Position numbers and translations under genes: made by a program. DNA of 64,000 bases, from NCBI RefSeq assembly GCF_009914755.1, contig NC_060935.1. One strand, given 5' to 3'. Origin of the DNA: the human T2T-CHM13v2.0 reference genome, Homo sapiens. The notes under the pieces were generated by a model. It saw nothing but the letters and a program-made list of their open reading frames with translations. It was not told the origin of the DNA and did no database searches. This document shows positions 38,784-54,879 of this stretch, one piece after another; within the stretch, counting starts at the first letter, position 1, and every line of letters starts with the position of its first letter.

Positions 38784-40254
38784 GAGGCCAGCTCTGCCTC
38801 TTCTCACTTATGACCTTGAGTGGGTCACTTAAACAGGAGGATAAGATCTGTGGTTCCTAAAGTTCTCTCTACTATTGCTTTAATGATTCATCTTAAAATA
38901 GTCCACATGCCTTTATTTATTCACAATTATTTATTTCTGTCAGTTTTCATGTTTAAATTGAGCCACATTTAATTGTACTTGAAGTGTCCTACAACAGTTT
39001 AATAGCTCACTTTTCAACAAGTTAAGTGAAGTCAAAGTTTCCATGAAATTCCTCTTTATCAGCTAACATTTTGTTCTAATCATCTGATATTGTTCATTAT
39101 TTCCTTTCACATTGAAATGTATGATTATGCCAACATTCTCCTGCTTTGGAATGTAGTCCTAGACAAAGAAGGCAAAGGTATCCCAGAAGAAGCCATTTTT
39201 CCATGCCCAAATTCTAATAATGAGGATGGTAATCAGTTTGCCATCTTTTGTTTCATACCTCAGTAAGAGATTTCTGGAGGGTTTCATTTATTAATGATGA
39301 CAAAAGGGGAATATCCACATTTCCTCACTAATTATCCATAACTATTTAGGGAAAGACAAGAGGGTGTTTTTGATGAAGGAAGGAGAGCAGAGTGCTGAGG
39401 AAGAATGAGGACTCAGCCAGTCTCCCGAAGAACAAGATGCCCTCCCATTCTTTCAGCACACCAGTGCTTCCTTAGGAGGCTATCTGCTTTCCTATTCCTT
39501 TGCCAGGGTGGGTTGGCAGGACTAAGTAAGAGCAACACGTGAAAGTATGATTAGAGTTTGCATGGAAGTCACATTCAGAGAAACTAATCTCAAAAACTTT
39601 CAACCAATCACACATGACCAAATATGGAAGTGTTTTTTCTGAAAGGAAGGGCCCTGGGTAGGAAGGAGATGAATAAAGTATAACGGTGTAGAAATTCACA
39701 TTTAGCCATTTACTCATCCAGAGTATGAGTCCACTGTTTGAAATTCTACTATTACAGACCTTGATGATGGTTTCATCATTCTGATTCCTTCTACCAGATT
39801 TTAAATACTCTTAGTTGGTTACACCATGTGATATACACAGAAGGGACTCGACCCACCTTCAGTTGAACCCCAGCTGTCCTACTGACCACCCCTAGGGTCA
39901 TAAAAAAATTGCTTAGCTTTTCTGAGTAGAGAATCATCAGCAGGGAAAACAACTACCTAAAACAATGCCTGGAATGTACAAGGTACATGGAAAAATTATA
40001 TTTCCAAATCTTCTATCATGTTGAGACCAGAAAAACATAAAATGTTCTTTTTTAGAATTTATTTCAGGAAGGAACACCCTTGTTAGGAAGAGTGGCCATT
40101 AAGAAAGATGTAGTAGAACAGAAAAAGGTAGATAGAGGTGCACTGTGACTGTGTTACCTGGGTTTGGCTGCTTATTCTTTCTGAAACATGTAAACACAGG
40201 TAATTAAAATACCAGCACGCTCACTGAATTTGGGACATGCTGCTATAAACATTT

Positions 40255-40711
40255 CTGGGTAGCTTCTCCAATATCCATTTTCTTCTGCTTTGCTAACAAA
40301 CCTCTGATTAAGTTCAGGGTGGCCATATGCCCAGCTTGAACAACAAAACTCCCCAGCCACCTTTTTAGTCTGTGACACAATTCTTAATTAAATTCTAAAT
40401 GAAAGTCACTCCTTGGAGCTTTGGAGAAAACTTTTCAAATGCAGACCAACTCAGTTGGCATTCACCCTTTGTTCTTTGATCTTCTCTTCCTTCTTGTCTG
40501 GAATGTGGAGGCAATGATGGAGGCTGAGAGCCATATTGCAGCTCCAGTGAATCCTGGAGCCAGCATATCAGCCCTGGAATGCTCCCAGTTGCAGTAGAAA
40601 ATTGAAACTGCAACTTGGTTAAGTAGCAGTTTTAAATTAAAACTGCTATAGTGGTTAAACCATTGTAGTTGAACTTCCATTGCAAAAAACTAAACGCACA
40701 TAGTAAGTGAC
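40255..40711 (+). mobile_element. MLT1-family MaLR LTR (MLT1J-like)
   Basis: cttccttcttgtctggaatgtggagg...tggaggctgagagccatattg...cagccctggaatgct. Confidence 0.65.
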
Positions 40712-41449
40712 ATAAGGTCTTTATGAAATAATAACATTCTTCTGCAGCATCGGACGTTCAGCATCAGACCTTAATAAATGTTACTTCCTTCTGTTTTTCT
40801 TGCCAGTTCAGAGAACACACACAAGGATTCAGGACAGAAGTTCTACTCAGGAGTAAGGGTTCTCCGCAACTATCTCAATTATGAACAGAGCAATAGCCAA
40901 TGAGGGTGCAAAGCAGGAGATAAGAAGTGGAGGCCTCAACACCAGGAGAGTGGCAGTGGTATGCATCATGTCCTCCGTTTTACAAATGAGGAAACTGAAA
41001 TTCAGCAAGCATAAGTAACTTACTAAGATGAGGTGGCCTGAAAATAGCAATCATCTAAGATTTAAGATTTAACCCTAGGGCATACTGACTCTGATGACTC
41101 TGTGCCCTTTTCACTGAGCCCTTCAGGAAGGGTACAGGTCCAGGAGAAACACGCATATTTTGTTTATCATCATACGTTTTAGATTTCTTTAGGACATTCA
41201 TCTTTTAGTGAAATATGAAAAAAGAGACAGAGAATCTTTTCTTCATTATGTCTCCTCTGAAAATTTTCAGGCACACAGGAAAAACACGCTCACAGTTGTC
41301 AAAGAGAAAATTAGATGCAGACAGTTTTTGATAGGCCATGGATCATCATGGCTGTTTGGGTGCCCAAGAACCTGCAAGGGATGGTGCCAACAGCACATAT
41401 CTAGGGAAAGTATTCTGGCCTGGGCTGTCAAGGTGGACCACTGAGGCTC

Positions 41450-41990
41450 AAAAACATAGCTCTCCCTTTTTTTTACCAGCTGTTTGATTAACCTTGGGTA
41501 CATGTTACTGAGCCTCTCAGTGCCTCATTTTGCTTGAATGTAAAATAGAAATAATACCTAATTCATAAAGATGGCATAAATAGTAAACAGATTAACGTGA
41601 TGAAAACGTTTAGTCTAGGCCAGGCATGGTAGCTCCTGCCTGTAATCCTCAGACTGTGGGAGGCTAAGGCATGAAGATCGCTTGAGCCCAGGAGTTCAAG
41701 ACCAGCCTGGGCAACGCAGTGAGACTCTGTCTCTACAAGAAGTAAAATAAAATAAAATTAGCTGGGTATGGTGTCACACGTCCATGGTCCTAGCTACTTG
41801 GGAGGCTGAGGAAAGAGGATTGTTTGATCCCTGGAGGTTGAGACTGCAGTGAACCATGATTTTGCCACTGCATTCTAGCCTAGATGACCGAGTAGAACCT
41901 TGTCTCAAAAAAAAAAAAAAAACACACACAAAAAAGAGAATGCTCAGTCTAGTTCATATCGTAGGTACTCAATGAACCTTAGCATTATTT
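41450..41990 (+). mobile_element. MIR SINE interrupted by an Alu
   Basis: ccttgggtacatgttactgagcctctcagtgcctcattt...gtaaaatag, resuming after the Alu with gtaggtactcaatgaaccttagc. Confidence 0.65.
41618..41935 (+). mobile_element. Alu (AluJ-like)
   Basis: Dimeric Alu with gatcgcttgagcccagg. TSD gaaaacgtttagtcta/gagaatgctcagtcta. Confidence 0.95.
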
Positions 41991-42480
41991 TTAGCCTTTA
42001 CTTTTCTAGTCTACCACAAGAAGTATCAACAGAGTTTCAATCAGAAAAAATAAAACCGTATTATAAATATTCAGGAGAAAATCAAAACTATGTGTCCACA
42101 TGTTTATGGAAAAAGAATGCTGTTGAAAACTAAGCATCTCAGCTGTTTCTGAGTTTTTCTCATTAACATTTGTTTGCTCTTTCTGATTCCCTTTGTTTCA
42201 GGCTATCACACAAGTGGTAGCAGGTGCCAAAGTCTAAGGGGAAAATATGGGATAAAAATTTAAATGGAATTACAAATATCTATTCATTAACCCTTTCTCT
42301 CACTGAAAATTATGAAGGAGTGTAAATAAGAAGAAAATAATTTAGGAAACCAGTGCTCATATGCAGAAGAGTCCTGCGATGGCTCCTGGAAGGTTGGGTT
42401 GAATCTGCCTGCCTGAGACAAAGAGCTTACAAAGGGGCCTGCAGCACCAAGTTATAGGTCCTAACACTCTGGGTTAGGTG

Positions 42481-42900
<420 letters not shown>

Positions 42901-43701
42901 GTGGGAATTAGATTCAGCAGAGAGTGAAATACTAAACCTCAATAGATACATAGACTTCTAGTAGACACTCAGCCCTCACCCCTACTTTCCATCGTGTGCC
43001 TTTGTTGACTGCTTAAGGAATTAGCCCCAATCCCTCAATCAGTTTAAACTACCAGGTCAGATGGAGCAAAATGCCAGAAGAGCGGTAACTGCTTCTCTTG
43101 GGCTGACTCTCCCTTACTCTTCATTGTTTGTGTGTCTGCAGAATGCATTTATGGGTGCGTTTTTCTCTCTACAAGCTAAACAGCTGACCTGCTCTAGTGA
43201 TGGTGTCAGCAGCAGGGCAGCACAACCCTGAAACAAAGATTAACTGATGTGTATATTGCGAGTACAGGCAAGAGTATTCATCCTTGTATAACCAGAATGT
43301 CACGTACAAACTAAGTATGGTACCTTGGAAGTCACTGTCTACATAGATCAAGTAAATGAGATAGAAATATTTCTCATTACTTCTTTAATACATATTTATT
43401 ATTATTTTCAAATAACCACTTTCTCAAGCATTCACAATGTACCAAGCATTTATGTGTGTTCTAATTTAATCCTTTAACAACTCTGCAAGGTAGTATAGAC
43501 ATGAGAAGACTGAGGCTCAGAGACAAGTTTGTGGAAGGAGAACGTGGTTTTCAGTTGGAGTTCTATCAATAACTAGGTGATTCAACCTAGGATATGTCTT
43601 TTAGCCACCCTTATTTTCCAGGATAATTTTCAGGATTAGATAAAATAATAAATGTGAATTACTTTGTAAAATGCTAGCCAGATATAATTATGTCTTTCCC
43701 T

Positions 43702-43739
43702 ACACACACACACACACACACACACACAGAGAGAGAGAA
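43702..43739. repeat. (CA)n(GA)n compound microsatellite
   Basis: acacacac...acagagagagag. Confidence 0.95.
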
Positions 43740-45627
43740 ACACATTTAGTAACACTTTGGGCAATTTGTTTAATCTTTCTAACAGTAGCTAACCAAGAAA
43801 TAATTTGCAAGAGGGGAGCACGGCTTTATCCTTTGTCAGAATCCTACCACTCCTTCTTCAAGCCACACCAAAGAAACATGCCAAGAACTCTGCCTTCCGG
43901 ACGCACTTCCCTATGTGTCCCATCCAATTAGAAATCCCATACTCTATCCTTGCTCTAAGCCCCAGATTCTCATCTATACTCTAAATTTTTTATTGTTTAC
44001 CTATCTACTGCAAATAGATACTACTAAAGTACTTGTGCCTAGACTACAGATTAAATTCCAAGTATTTGTGAGAGTGAACTAGATTGTTTTATCTAAAAAG
44101 GGAAATAAAGTGATAATTTGTTTATCGGTATTTTGTGGGATTTTCTTCTTAGTCTTTTCAACTTCATACAGTCATTTCATAGTGATTTTCTTTTGTGTGA
44201 AATGGGTAAACAAATGGCTTGTTTTAATATTTGCTAATCTCTCATTTATTTCATATACGATGAGGTTTTTTTGTGTGTGTCACAGTAAGGCAAACATGGT
44301 AAATTCTATGCAATTTGTTGTTTGAAGAAAAACTTCAATTCTTCATTTTAAAAGTTTTGCATATAAAGGAAACTGAAATGCTATTTGATACGGACCCATG
44401 GCAGTAAGTACTATATCCATGTGTACTTCAAAAGAAAAAAAATGCCAAGTTTTAATTTATTTATATTAAATATAAAAATATTAGTTTTAAAAATATACTA
44501 ATTTTCAAAAAAGGTCATCTGAAATTCCCAGCATCCATTTAACAATCAAAGTAGTGTTTTGCCAGTGGAAAACAAACCCAAATATCAAAGGTTTGATAAT
44601 GTTGAAAACTAAAATCCCAAGAGGTCTGAGGTCTGAGAGATTTTTGAGTTAGCTGCACATATTCTCTGATCTTTTTAAGGCCTGTGATATACACCCAAAA
44701 ATAGAAAAGCTATCTTATTCCAGAAGCTTCCTAATGTTCCTAATGCATTGGTTAACAGAAATTAAGTAAGAGTCAAGCTACTCATGAGACAAGCATTGAA
44801 AAGAATAATTTTTCCTTTACAGGTATTTACAAAATCAGGGAGGGCTTACAAAAGCACAGAATCCAATGCCTTCTATCACCCTGCATATAGATTGTTGCCT
44901 TGGAACTAATATGCCCTCCTACACCTACCCACCCCCAGTCCTCATCATTTTGTATTCTGTATCAGGGAATGATGGACTCTCACAGTTGAAAAGGATCTTA
45001 AAAGTTATCTGCTGTAGTTTATTTTTCAGAATTTTAATTCCTTTGATAGCCTATGGGTCACATGTTATCTGGCTAGTAATTAAAGACCTTCCACAATGAG
45101 GAATCCATTACCTTCAGGGCAGCTTAGTTCTTTAAATGGTTATCTTTAGAGAATTCTTCATCATATTGAATTAGCATTTGTTGTTTTCTAGATTCCTTTC
45201 TTCATCCCCACCTTTCTTCTTTCTTCCCTACTCATTATATCCCTCCCCCTTCTTTCCATCTGTCTTTACAAAAATAACTACTAAGACCCACCATGTGCCA
45301 AGTACTCTGTGCTACAATCTGGAAAGACAAGAGTTAGCATTCAGGTTAGTTTTTCTGCAATCAAGTGTCATCTCTTCCGTGGAAACAGTCTAGGAACCAC
45401 TAAGCACAACACTGTGGTCTGAATATGTTTACACTAAGAAGAACTAAGGTACTATGGAAATAGGAAAGCAGGGCGTCCAATCCATTCTTTCATGAGGCAG
45501 TGTCTCCAAAACAAGATCTTGATTAATAAATAGGAGGTAAGCAAGGAATGACATGGAAACCACAGTGGGCATTTCTTATTTGGGAGGTTGCCAGAATTTA
45601 TTCCTTCTTCTAAAAGGTGGCATTTTC

Positions 45628-45935
45628 TGTCAGTGTGATGGCTCACGCCTGTAATCCCAGCACTTTGGGAAGCCTAGGTGGGCGGATCACGAGGTCAGGA
45701 GATGGAGACTATCCTGGCCAAAATGGTGAAACCCCATCTCTACTAAAAATACAAAAATTAGCTGGGCGTGGTGGCACGCACCTGTAGTCCCAGCTACTCA
45801 GGAGGCTGAGGCAGGAAAATAGACTGAATCCAGGAGATAGAGGTTACAGTGAGCCAAGATCGTGTCATTGAACTCCAGCCTGACGACAGAGCAAGACTCT
45901 GTCTCAAAAAAAAACAAAAAAAGAAGAAAAAAAAA
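45628..45935 (+). mobile_element. Alu (AluSc-like)
   Basis: Dimeric Alu. TSD aaaaggtggcattttc/aaaaggtgtattttc. Confidence 0.95.
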
Positions 45936-46087
45936 AGGTGTATTTTCCTCTAGAAAATGACCTCTACACCTCTGTAATTGGTCTTGATGGGACAATACGT
46001 CAAGGTGTCCTGACCCCATCAAGAGGTGATGAAGAACATGATAGGCCTACAACAATCCTTCTCTAGGGATTTTGAATATTAAGTTGA

Positions 46088-46585
<498 letters not shown>

Positions 46586-47269
46586 GCTGAAGAACAAAGT
46601 GATTCGAAGCTCACTTGGGAGTAGATTTGTTACGTAACTCCTGGACAGGATGGTCAAGGGGTTCCTGCTGCCCAGACTCATAGTGCTGCTATGGCTTTTC
46701 TCTGTCTGTTCTGTGAGTTGTCTGATAATTTTTAAATAAAGTTCAATTTTCCTATACTAGCAATATTTTTAATAATTAATCAACCAACTCTCACTTAAGC
46801 AGGAAGATTGTCCTAAACAGGAGATACAGTACATGCAAAAACCTGGAGGCATGACAAAAACCAGACAGCGTATCTCCAAGATGAAGTTTGAGAAAAGTGG
46901 TGAGGACGCAGGGATAGGACTCACTGGGAAGCGAAGACAGAGAGAAAAGAAACCCTGACTGAATATCTTGTGTAAGCTTCTCAAGAGCTGACCAGGCAAG
47001 ACATCACAGAATTTTATTCCTGACTCTGATCTCTATCTTTATAGAAGAGGATATTAATTTCTAAAGATCTTAAACCACTCATTGAAGCACGTAGCTGTTG
47101 AAGCTGGAGCTGAGCCCAAAGTTTGAGTGACAGAAGATTAGACCCAAGTAACCATGATAGCTCTCCTCCCTTTTCGATGGAAATAAAAATGAGGGCAAAC
47201 AATTTCAGTCTTCTGAAATAGACATTGTAAAAACAGAAACAAAAACAAAATGAAATAATGTCCAAAGAC

Positions 47270-48135
47270 AATTAAGGCTCAGTAATAACAGTTCAATGTA
47301 AGAAAAATTATTGATGTTATTACGTGAAAATACACAAGTACCTCAATTGATTTGGAAGGGAAAAAATAAATTTGATAAAATTTAACATCTCTATCTGATT
47401 CAATGTGAAACATCTCTGGGAAAACTGAATGGGGAACACCATTTATTTGCTAATGGCTGTCTACTAATGACAAACAAAAACAATGACACTGAAATCGAAA
47501 AATGTAGGACATTTCTTTTAAGGTTATATACAAGAGATTTCAGCTGTCATTAACACTATTTGGTATACAATGAACAGTGTACAATGCAGTAAGAAAATCA
47601 AATGAAGCAAAAAATTTAAAAATTAGAAAGGAGAAGTCAACACTATAATTACATACAGATCAACAGTATGTTGTGCATAGGGTATCAAAGACAATCAGCA
47701 GAAAAACTGTTGAAACTAATTAGAAAATGTAAATAAAATTTCTAGCTACACAGTCAGTGTATGCAATCAAGAAGGTCCCCCTACACCAATAGCCAACCAT
47801 AAAATGAAAAGGAAAATTAGACTATTTACAACAGTACCAAAAACTATCTAAAATATCTAACGATTATACTGTTAAAGAAGAGACACTTTAAGAAGACAAA
47901 AAAAGGTAAAGCTCTATTAAACGACTTAAATGCTAAATAAACTTTCTTACTAAATTCATGGGTATAATTACTTAACTTTGTAAGGAGGATACCATCCCAA
48001 TTTAATTAATTCAATGCAATTTTATTCAAAATTCCAGTGAAATTTTGGGGGGAACTTGGAAAAATGTCTTAAAAGTACAGCAAAAACAGAGATTATATTT
48101 AAAAAGAACAAAGTGGAGGACTCGGCCGTCAGATC
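47270..48135 (+). mobile_element. Old L1M ORF2 fragment
   Basis: aaatttgataaaatttaacatc, aaaattagaaaggagaagtcaacacta, aaactgttgaaactaat and aagaacaaagtggaggactc occur in L1 ORF2 order. Confidence 0.75.
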
Positions 48136-48891
48136 TTGGCCATCAGGAATTGAAGGGCCATGATCTCTGAGAATTTGGAAACACAGTGAACCCTGTGGCC
48201 GCCTCTCTACTTTGCCTGGAGAGCTTCCAGGCCATAGCTCTAAGAAGGGGAACCTAGGTGGACCCTGGTAGGCTTCCCAGTTTGAGAAGCCAGAGCTGGG
48301 AATTGGACTGCCCAAGTAGCTAGAGTTTGTAGTACACACTGCTGGAGAGGAGAGAGCTGCTTAAAGAGAGCATTAGAGATCTGTAGAGGGTCCTGCACGG
48401 TCTTCCACTGAGGTGTGATAAACATATGCCTGCAAGGAAGCTACAAAAGGCTTAGGAAAGAAACACCTGAAAGGACTAGATCATTCTAGGCCTTAATGGT
48501 GATGATGATGGATGAACCATGAATTAACCACCATCTTGGGGCTCACACAGGACCAATAAGAGGCATCACATATCAATAGGTCAACAACTGATTGCTTAGA
48601 AAAATGTGTTAGAATAAATGAAGTTGGAAACTTTTGTAAAACCATATATGGTCCTAACTTTCAAATGGATTCAAAGGTAATATAAAGCTTATGAATGAAA
48701 ATGCCTGATTGTCTTTACAGAATTGGGGTTTAGAAGGAGTTCTTAAAACACAATTTAAAAAGAAAACATAAAGTATAAAGAAAGTTGTTATGAATTTGAT
48801 TATAAGTTAAGGTTTCTATTGGACAAAGAACATCATAGACAGTTAAGAGGATAAATAAAATATTTTAGTGACTTAAACTTAACAGAAATAA

Positions 48892-49270
<379 letters not shown>

Positions 49271-50137
49271 ACATAATATCGAGATTTCAGTAACAGTAAA
49301 ATAAATGCAGAGCTTTTACAACGTAACAACAATAATACATATTTTTAAAGGAATATATATTTTAAAATATCACAATAAAAAGATAATTATAGTGAAAAAT
49401 CTTCCTCTTCTTCCCGTCCCACAGCTACCCAGACCTCATGCCTCCACCTCCTTAGACAGCAGCAGTTAATTTCTGCTACATCCTTCCAGAAATATTTTAT
49501 GCATTATACAAGCAAATACAAGTATTGTTTCCCCTAATAATAATTTAGCAATGCCTCTTGGAGATCTTTCTATTTCAGTACTTGTAAAGCTTCCTCATCT
49601 TATGTTTAAAAATTGGTTTTAGTTATTACTTGTTGAGATGGCCAAGGAATAATTAAATATTTCCCTAACAGGATGTATTATTCTCAATAAAGAAGTGGCT
49701 AAAGTATGGTGTAGTCACATAATAAAAAGCCACAAATTTGTTAAAAAGGGTGAGGCATCTTTCCTCATAGAACTTACCCTTGTTTAGCAAGCAGCTTCAT
49801 GTTTTACACATGAGTGGTGGTTTCTTTCACTGATGTGATTTAATGCCTCCCTGTTACCTAAAATTCTGCACTGAAATATAATCTCCATGAGGGCAGAGAT
49901 ATTTCTATAGTTTGTTTCTGATATTTGTCAAGTACATCTGGAGGATGAATTGCTACAATTACAATGCCTGGGTCAAAGGATACACAACATTAAAATATTG
50001 AAAGGTTTTTTCCTCAATTCATTCCCAAATTGTGCTAATGTAACTACCACAAACAATTCATGAGACAGTTCTTTCCCCATAGTTTCACCAATACAATATT
50101 TTAAAACTTCACTAATTTTTGTGGATCTGATAGAAAT

Positions 50138-50161
50138 ATGTGTGTGTGTGTGTGTGTGTGC
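50138..50161. repeat. (TG)n microsatellite
   Basis: About 11 TG units. Confidence 0.95.
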
Positions 50162-51981
50162 GTATAAAACATCTAACAAGTTACCACTTTTTAATCACTG
50201 GATGTGTAAAAATTTTTTAAAAATATATATGTGAATGTGAGAAAAAAAAGCCTCTTATATTCTGCCAGAAAAATGTGTAATCTTCTAGAAAAAGTTACAA
50301 GCATTTTGGAGAGCAAAGCTGCATAACTTTTTGAAATCAAGTGTGTATATACCCTAAGACAACTATTTGCTGTGCCAATAATCAGTTTCAAAATAGCATG
50401 TGATTAAATTCTGCTAAGTGAGACCTGAGATAAAATCTACTAAGTGGTATCTAGGAAAATTTTCCTTTCCTTAAGAAGAGACTCACAGAAATGATAGTTG
50501 TACTTTTGCCAATGGCTGGCCTGTCTTGAAGTGATTCTTGGAACCAAGGCAGATATTTTGAGATCATGAGGGGTGTTACAAAGGTTTGGCAGAGCAGAAA
50601 TGTAGAAGGGTCTCTGAGGGCACAGTTGGGCCTTCAAACTACATCCAGACTAGTGTGAGGAGAAAATAAGTATCTTTATTGGTTAAACTACTGCAGTTGC
50701 TTTAAAAAAAAAATGCATGTGGCTAAAGACATTCAAAATGACAGAGGACTCAGTTAGTTTACATTTATTTTCTAGATGTTTAAATTGAGACCAAGAGAGG
50801 AAGGGCATGTTCCCAAGTTTACACACCTGGAACTAAGTCTATAAGCAAATCAGTTTGCTCAGTATCAGGTAGAGTTTTCTTGCTGAATCGGTGGAAATAG
50901 ATATTCAATCAGACATAAACTACCAAGTTCTGAACCTAGCCATAAGGGTTTTTGTTGCTTCCACACAGTTTATCCATTAGGCTGGATAAGACAGATGAGA
51001 TGACAAAGGAGAGTCACCTGGGAGTTGCAGTCACACAACCAATATTTATATCCCAATTTTCCTCCCTGTTGGCTGTATAATGTAGGATAAGTCACTGAAC
51101 CTCTTTGGGGTTTGGTTTACTCCTTGATTCCATGGAAGTAAGAGGGCTTCTCCCAATGGCCTTGGAGTTGGCAAACCCCACCATTTTACAGCTGAAAGCA
51201 CACAGGACACATGATATACAAATTACAGAATGCTACACTCCATTCAGAGGCAGCTCTACTGTTATTTTTTTGCCCTTGAGAGCTAAGGTAAATCATCTAA
51301 ACTCTCTAAGCCCAGGTGTACTCATAAAGACTGGAAATACTTGAAGCAAAATAGATATTCTTTATGTTTGGAGGGTCAGTTGCTTTTTATAGTGTATATA
51401 TTTTCCCCTAATTTTCTATGTAGAGGTGTATTATTTTTGGAATCATAAATAAACTATAAGTATTATTAAAAATAATTAACAAAGCTTTTTCCAGTGCGGG
51501 TGATTTGTACTCCCATTTCGGTGGCCTGGTGTGTTCAGGCTTGATAAGGAAATGTTTCCCTAAAGGGTGCTTTCATTTATATGTTGCAACGATCTATGTG
51601 AAAGGCAAGAGGTTACCATTTAACACAAGTTTGTTTATCCACACTCTGGTTTTAGCAGCCTAGCAGCCCAGAGCCATGAAAAATTGAAAAAAATAAATAT
51701 GAGGGATTTCTGTGCATATAACTACGTACATATGTATAACAATTTATCTGTACAAAAGCAATCTCATATCCATGAACTTATGTCATATTTATCATTGTTT
51801 TTAGTGTAATTAGGGCAGGTATTATTATTGCTGTTTTTGATATTTTGGTTGATGTTTTACTCAGACAAAAAGGCTCAGAAAAATTAAATTGTCCAAAATC
51901 ACAAATCTGTAAAAATATAAAAATAATTTCAAACTCAGATTGATTCTAACTAAAGTAAACTATTCACAAAATATTTAAGAG

Positions 51982-52277
51982 GGTCAGGCACAGTGCCTCA
52001 TGCCTGTAGTCCCAGCACTTTGGGAGTCCACGGCAGGTAAATCACTTGAGCCCAGGAATTTGAGACCAGCCTGGGTAACATGGCGAGACCCCATCTCTAC
52101 AAAAAAATTAAAACAATTAGCCAGACATGGTGACATGCGTCTGTTGTCCCAGGTACCCAGAAGGCTGAGGCAGGAGGACTGCTTGAGCCCAGGGGATCAA
52201 GGCTACAGTGAGTCATGACTGTGTCACTGCACTCCATCCTGGGCAACAGAGCAAGACCCTGTTTCAAAAAACAAAAT
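51982..52277 (+). mobile_element. Alu (AluJ-like)
   Basis: Dimeric Alu with atcacttgagcccagg. TSD-like aaaatatttaagag/aaaatagtaatgag. Confidence 0.95.
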
Positions 52278-53286
52278 AGTAATGAGAACAGTAACTAAAA
52301 ATTATTGATCCCCTACTATGAGCCATCTACTCTCTATATTATCTAATTTAAGTGCACAATAAGCCAATCATATAGGTACCATTATTCTCATTTTGCATTT
52401 AGTTAAATAAACTAAACCTGAGAAAGTGGAGGAGGAGATTCACTCAAGACCAGACAACAAATGCTTAACATGGATTAGAACCCAGATCTACCTGACAGCT
52501 AAGCAGGTACTCTGTATACATGTGTCCTTGGTACCCAGTTAACTGGCCATACTACTATCATAATGTAAAGTGAGCAACTCATCTGCTTTTTCCCTTTTCA
52601 CTTCAGCATGGATGTCTGCTTTTCTGAATCCCTTCTGTGATAACTACTGCATTATGTTATTTTCAATTTTGTTCACAAACATCTATTCAGTCCCCCAGAC
52701 TATAGTGTAATGCAACAAAAAAGACATTGAACATACTTCTGTGGCTTAGGTTGAAGTTCTTGTTCTGTTGCTTATTGTCTGTGTGCAAAAATCACTTGAG
52801 AAAGTCAATTTACTCTAAGACTCAGTTTCCCAGAGTGAAAGAGTTGGATCAGTATATTCTCCACCCACTCATAGATTTATACTGAGGACAAAAGTAGGAG
52901 ACAAATGCACATGTCTGTAAAGTACAATTTTTATTAAAATAGATATTCAATTCATTTACTGTAGTAGTGCCTTATTAACAACACATTTATTTACTAAAAT
53001 AATAACACTACATATTTAGATTCAGGGCATTGAATTTGGTTGGTTTACATATATTGTCTTCTGTACAACAACACTGAAAAGGAAATAAAATATTTCCCAC
53101 ACGGCATAGGAGGAAACTGAGACTTGAATTGTTTAAATAATTTGTCCAGACCATACCTTTGTCAACAAAATATTTTTTCTGTGATAAATTAATTTATATT
53201 AACTAATGACACAGACACTAACTCCATAGGGGGAGAAAAAAATACAGCAACAAATGGCATTCCATCCTCAAAAATTTCAGAAAAAC

Positions 53287-54256
53287 TGAAGCAGGATATT
53301 TTCCTGACCCGTTCATAGGACTTGTGACAGGGGTGCCTTGTTTACTCAGCCTGCCACTGTCAACTCCTCACAGGCGGGAGCACACGAGAGAATGAGGCAG
53401 AAACTAGAATGCATGAGCACTGGAATGAGCTGGCTGTTTTGCTGCTAGCAGGATCAAACTCCACTCACTCAGACCCACTGTGTTCCACCCTCATGGGAGG
53501 GAGCTCACAGGTAAGGGGGTACAGGAGCTGGAGTGAGCATTTTTTGGGCATCTGCAGGAGTGAACTTCATGCAGGCCCCAAGGCAATATCCAGGCGGGGG
53601 GTGACTGTGACTCCTGAAGTCCCAGAGTGTGTGTTACAGTGCTTTTTAAGATCTTCTGTCCATGGACAGCTTAAGTGTTAACAGCTCTGTGGGCCCTCTG
53701 TCTTTTGGCATGAGGCAGATGCTCTCTGTCAGCGAGGGCAAAGGTCCAGTGTGACAGCCTTTTGTATCTGCATTTGTGGCTCCTGAGCTCTTGTCCGGCA
53801 TCCAGGAAAAATGAGGTCACACAAATAAATTTGAAGGATGGTATATGCAGAGGATTTTATTGCCAGTGAAAATGGCTCTCAATGGGAAGGGGAGCAGAAA
53901 TGGGGATGAGGTGGGTAGGTAATCTTCTAAAGTCCATCTCCAGCTGGATTCTTATCTGAAGTTACGCCATCTAGCTGTCCCTCTGATGTCAAGCCACTTC
54001 TCTCCGACATCTAGCCGTAGTCCCCAATGTCCAGCTGCTTGTCCTCTCTGCTGGTTGAGTCTGGGGTATTTACAGGCACAGGATACGGGGTGGGGTGCGC
54101 CACGGGTGGTTTAGGAAAAGGCTACATTCGAGCAGGAAAACAGGGATATAAGTTCTCCCTTTGGGCTGTGGGTTTTAGGCTTTTCAGCTTGAAGGTGGGG
54201 TTCTGTCAGGGACCTGCCCTTTTCTGCCTAGAATTTCTCTGCCCATGTCCCTATGA
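53287..54256 (-). mobile_element. Solo ERV1 LTR (LTR27/LTR28/MER52 group; length fits LTR28)
   Basis: The reverse strand begins atagggacatgggcagagaaattctaggcagaaaagggcaggtccctg and ends aaaatatcctgcttca. Poly(A) signal AATAAA on the minus strand near 53857. Confidence 0.85.
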
Positions 54257-54879
54257 AAGTCATGTGATTTAATTACAGTGCTGTAACACCATGCCAGCAT
54301 ACTGGTTTTCTCGGACATGGGAGAGAGATAAAACAGCAACAGTCTCTGAAGCCAAGACTGCACAACTTGATCGAGCTGAAGAATTAGTTACCTGCTGGAG
54401 GCATCAACAAAGGATTTTCATCAGTGCTGCTCAACATTTTGTATCCGGTCGGTCTTCATTATCTCAAACATAAGCCACAAATGTTTATGCTGTTTATTCA
54501 TTAATTCATCTGCATATGAAATCTGTCCTTTAGGAGGTACTTTTCAAGGACATACTAATTTTAATCATAACATTAATATAACTTGGATTTTGTTTTTCTT
54601 CACCTGTCATTCATTTATTCATTTATTGAATAAATGTTTATTGAGGATCAATTAATTAATGCAAAATACTTAATTCTAAGACCATAAATAAAGATATGAA
54701 ACACTAAGGGGTGGTTTATAGACAAGAATTAATCCCCTCTTTTTTTTCCATCTGGTATTTAAGAATCAAAATCACCTTATCCAAGACTCGTGAAGAAATA
54801 AATAATGTCAACAATCCCAGCCTCTGAACACAGATCTCAAATCTTATCATATTGGCTGTGGTTTGTTTTCCATAGTCCT

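Noticed and set aside
39760-39790. TGATGA...CTGA as a box C/D snoRNA
   Set aside because: The boxes are only about 12 nt apart, with no terminal stem or guide region.
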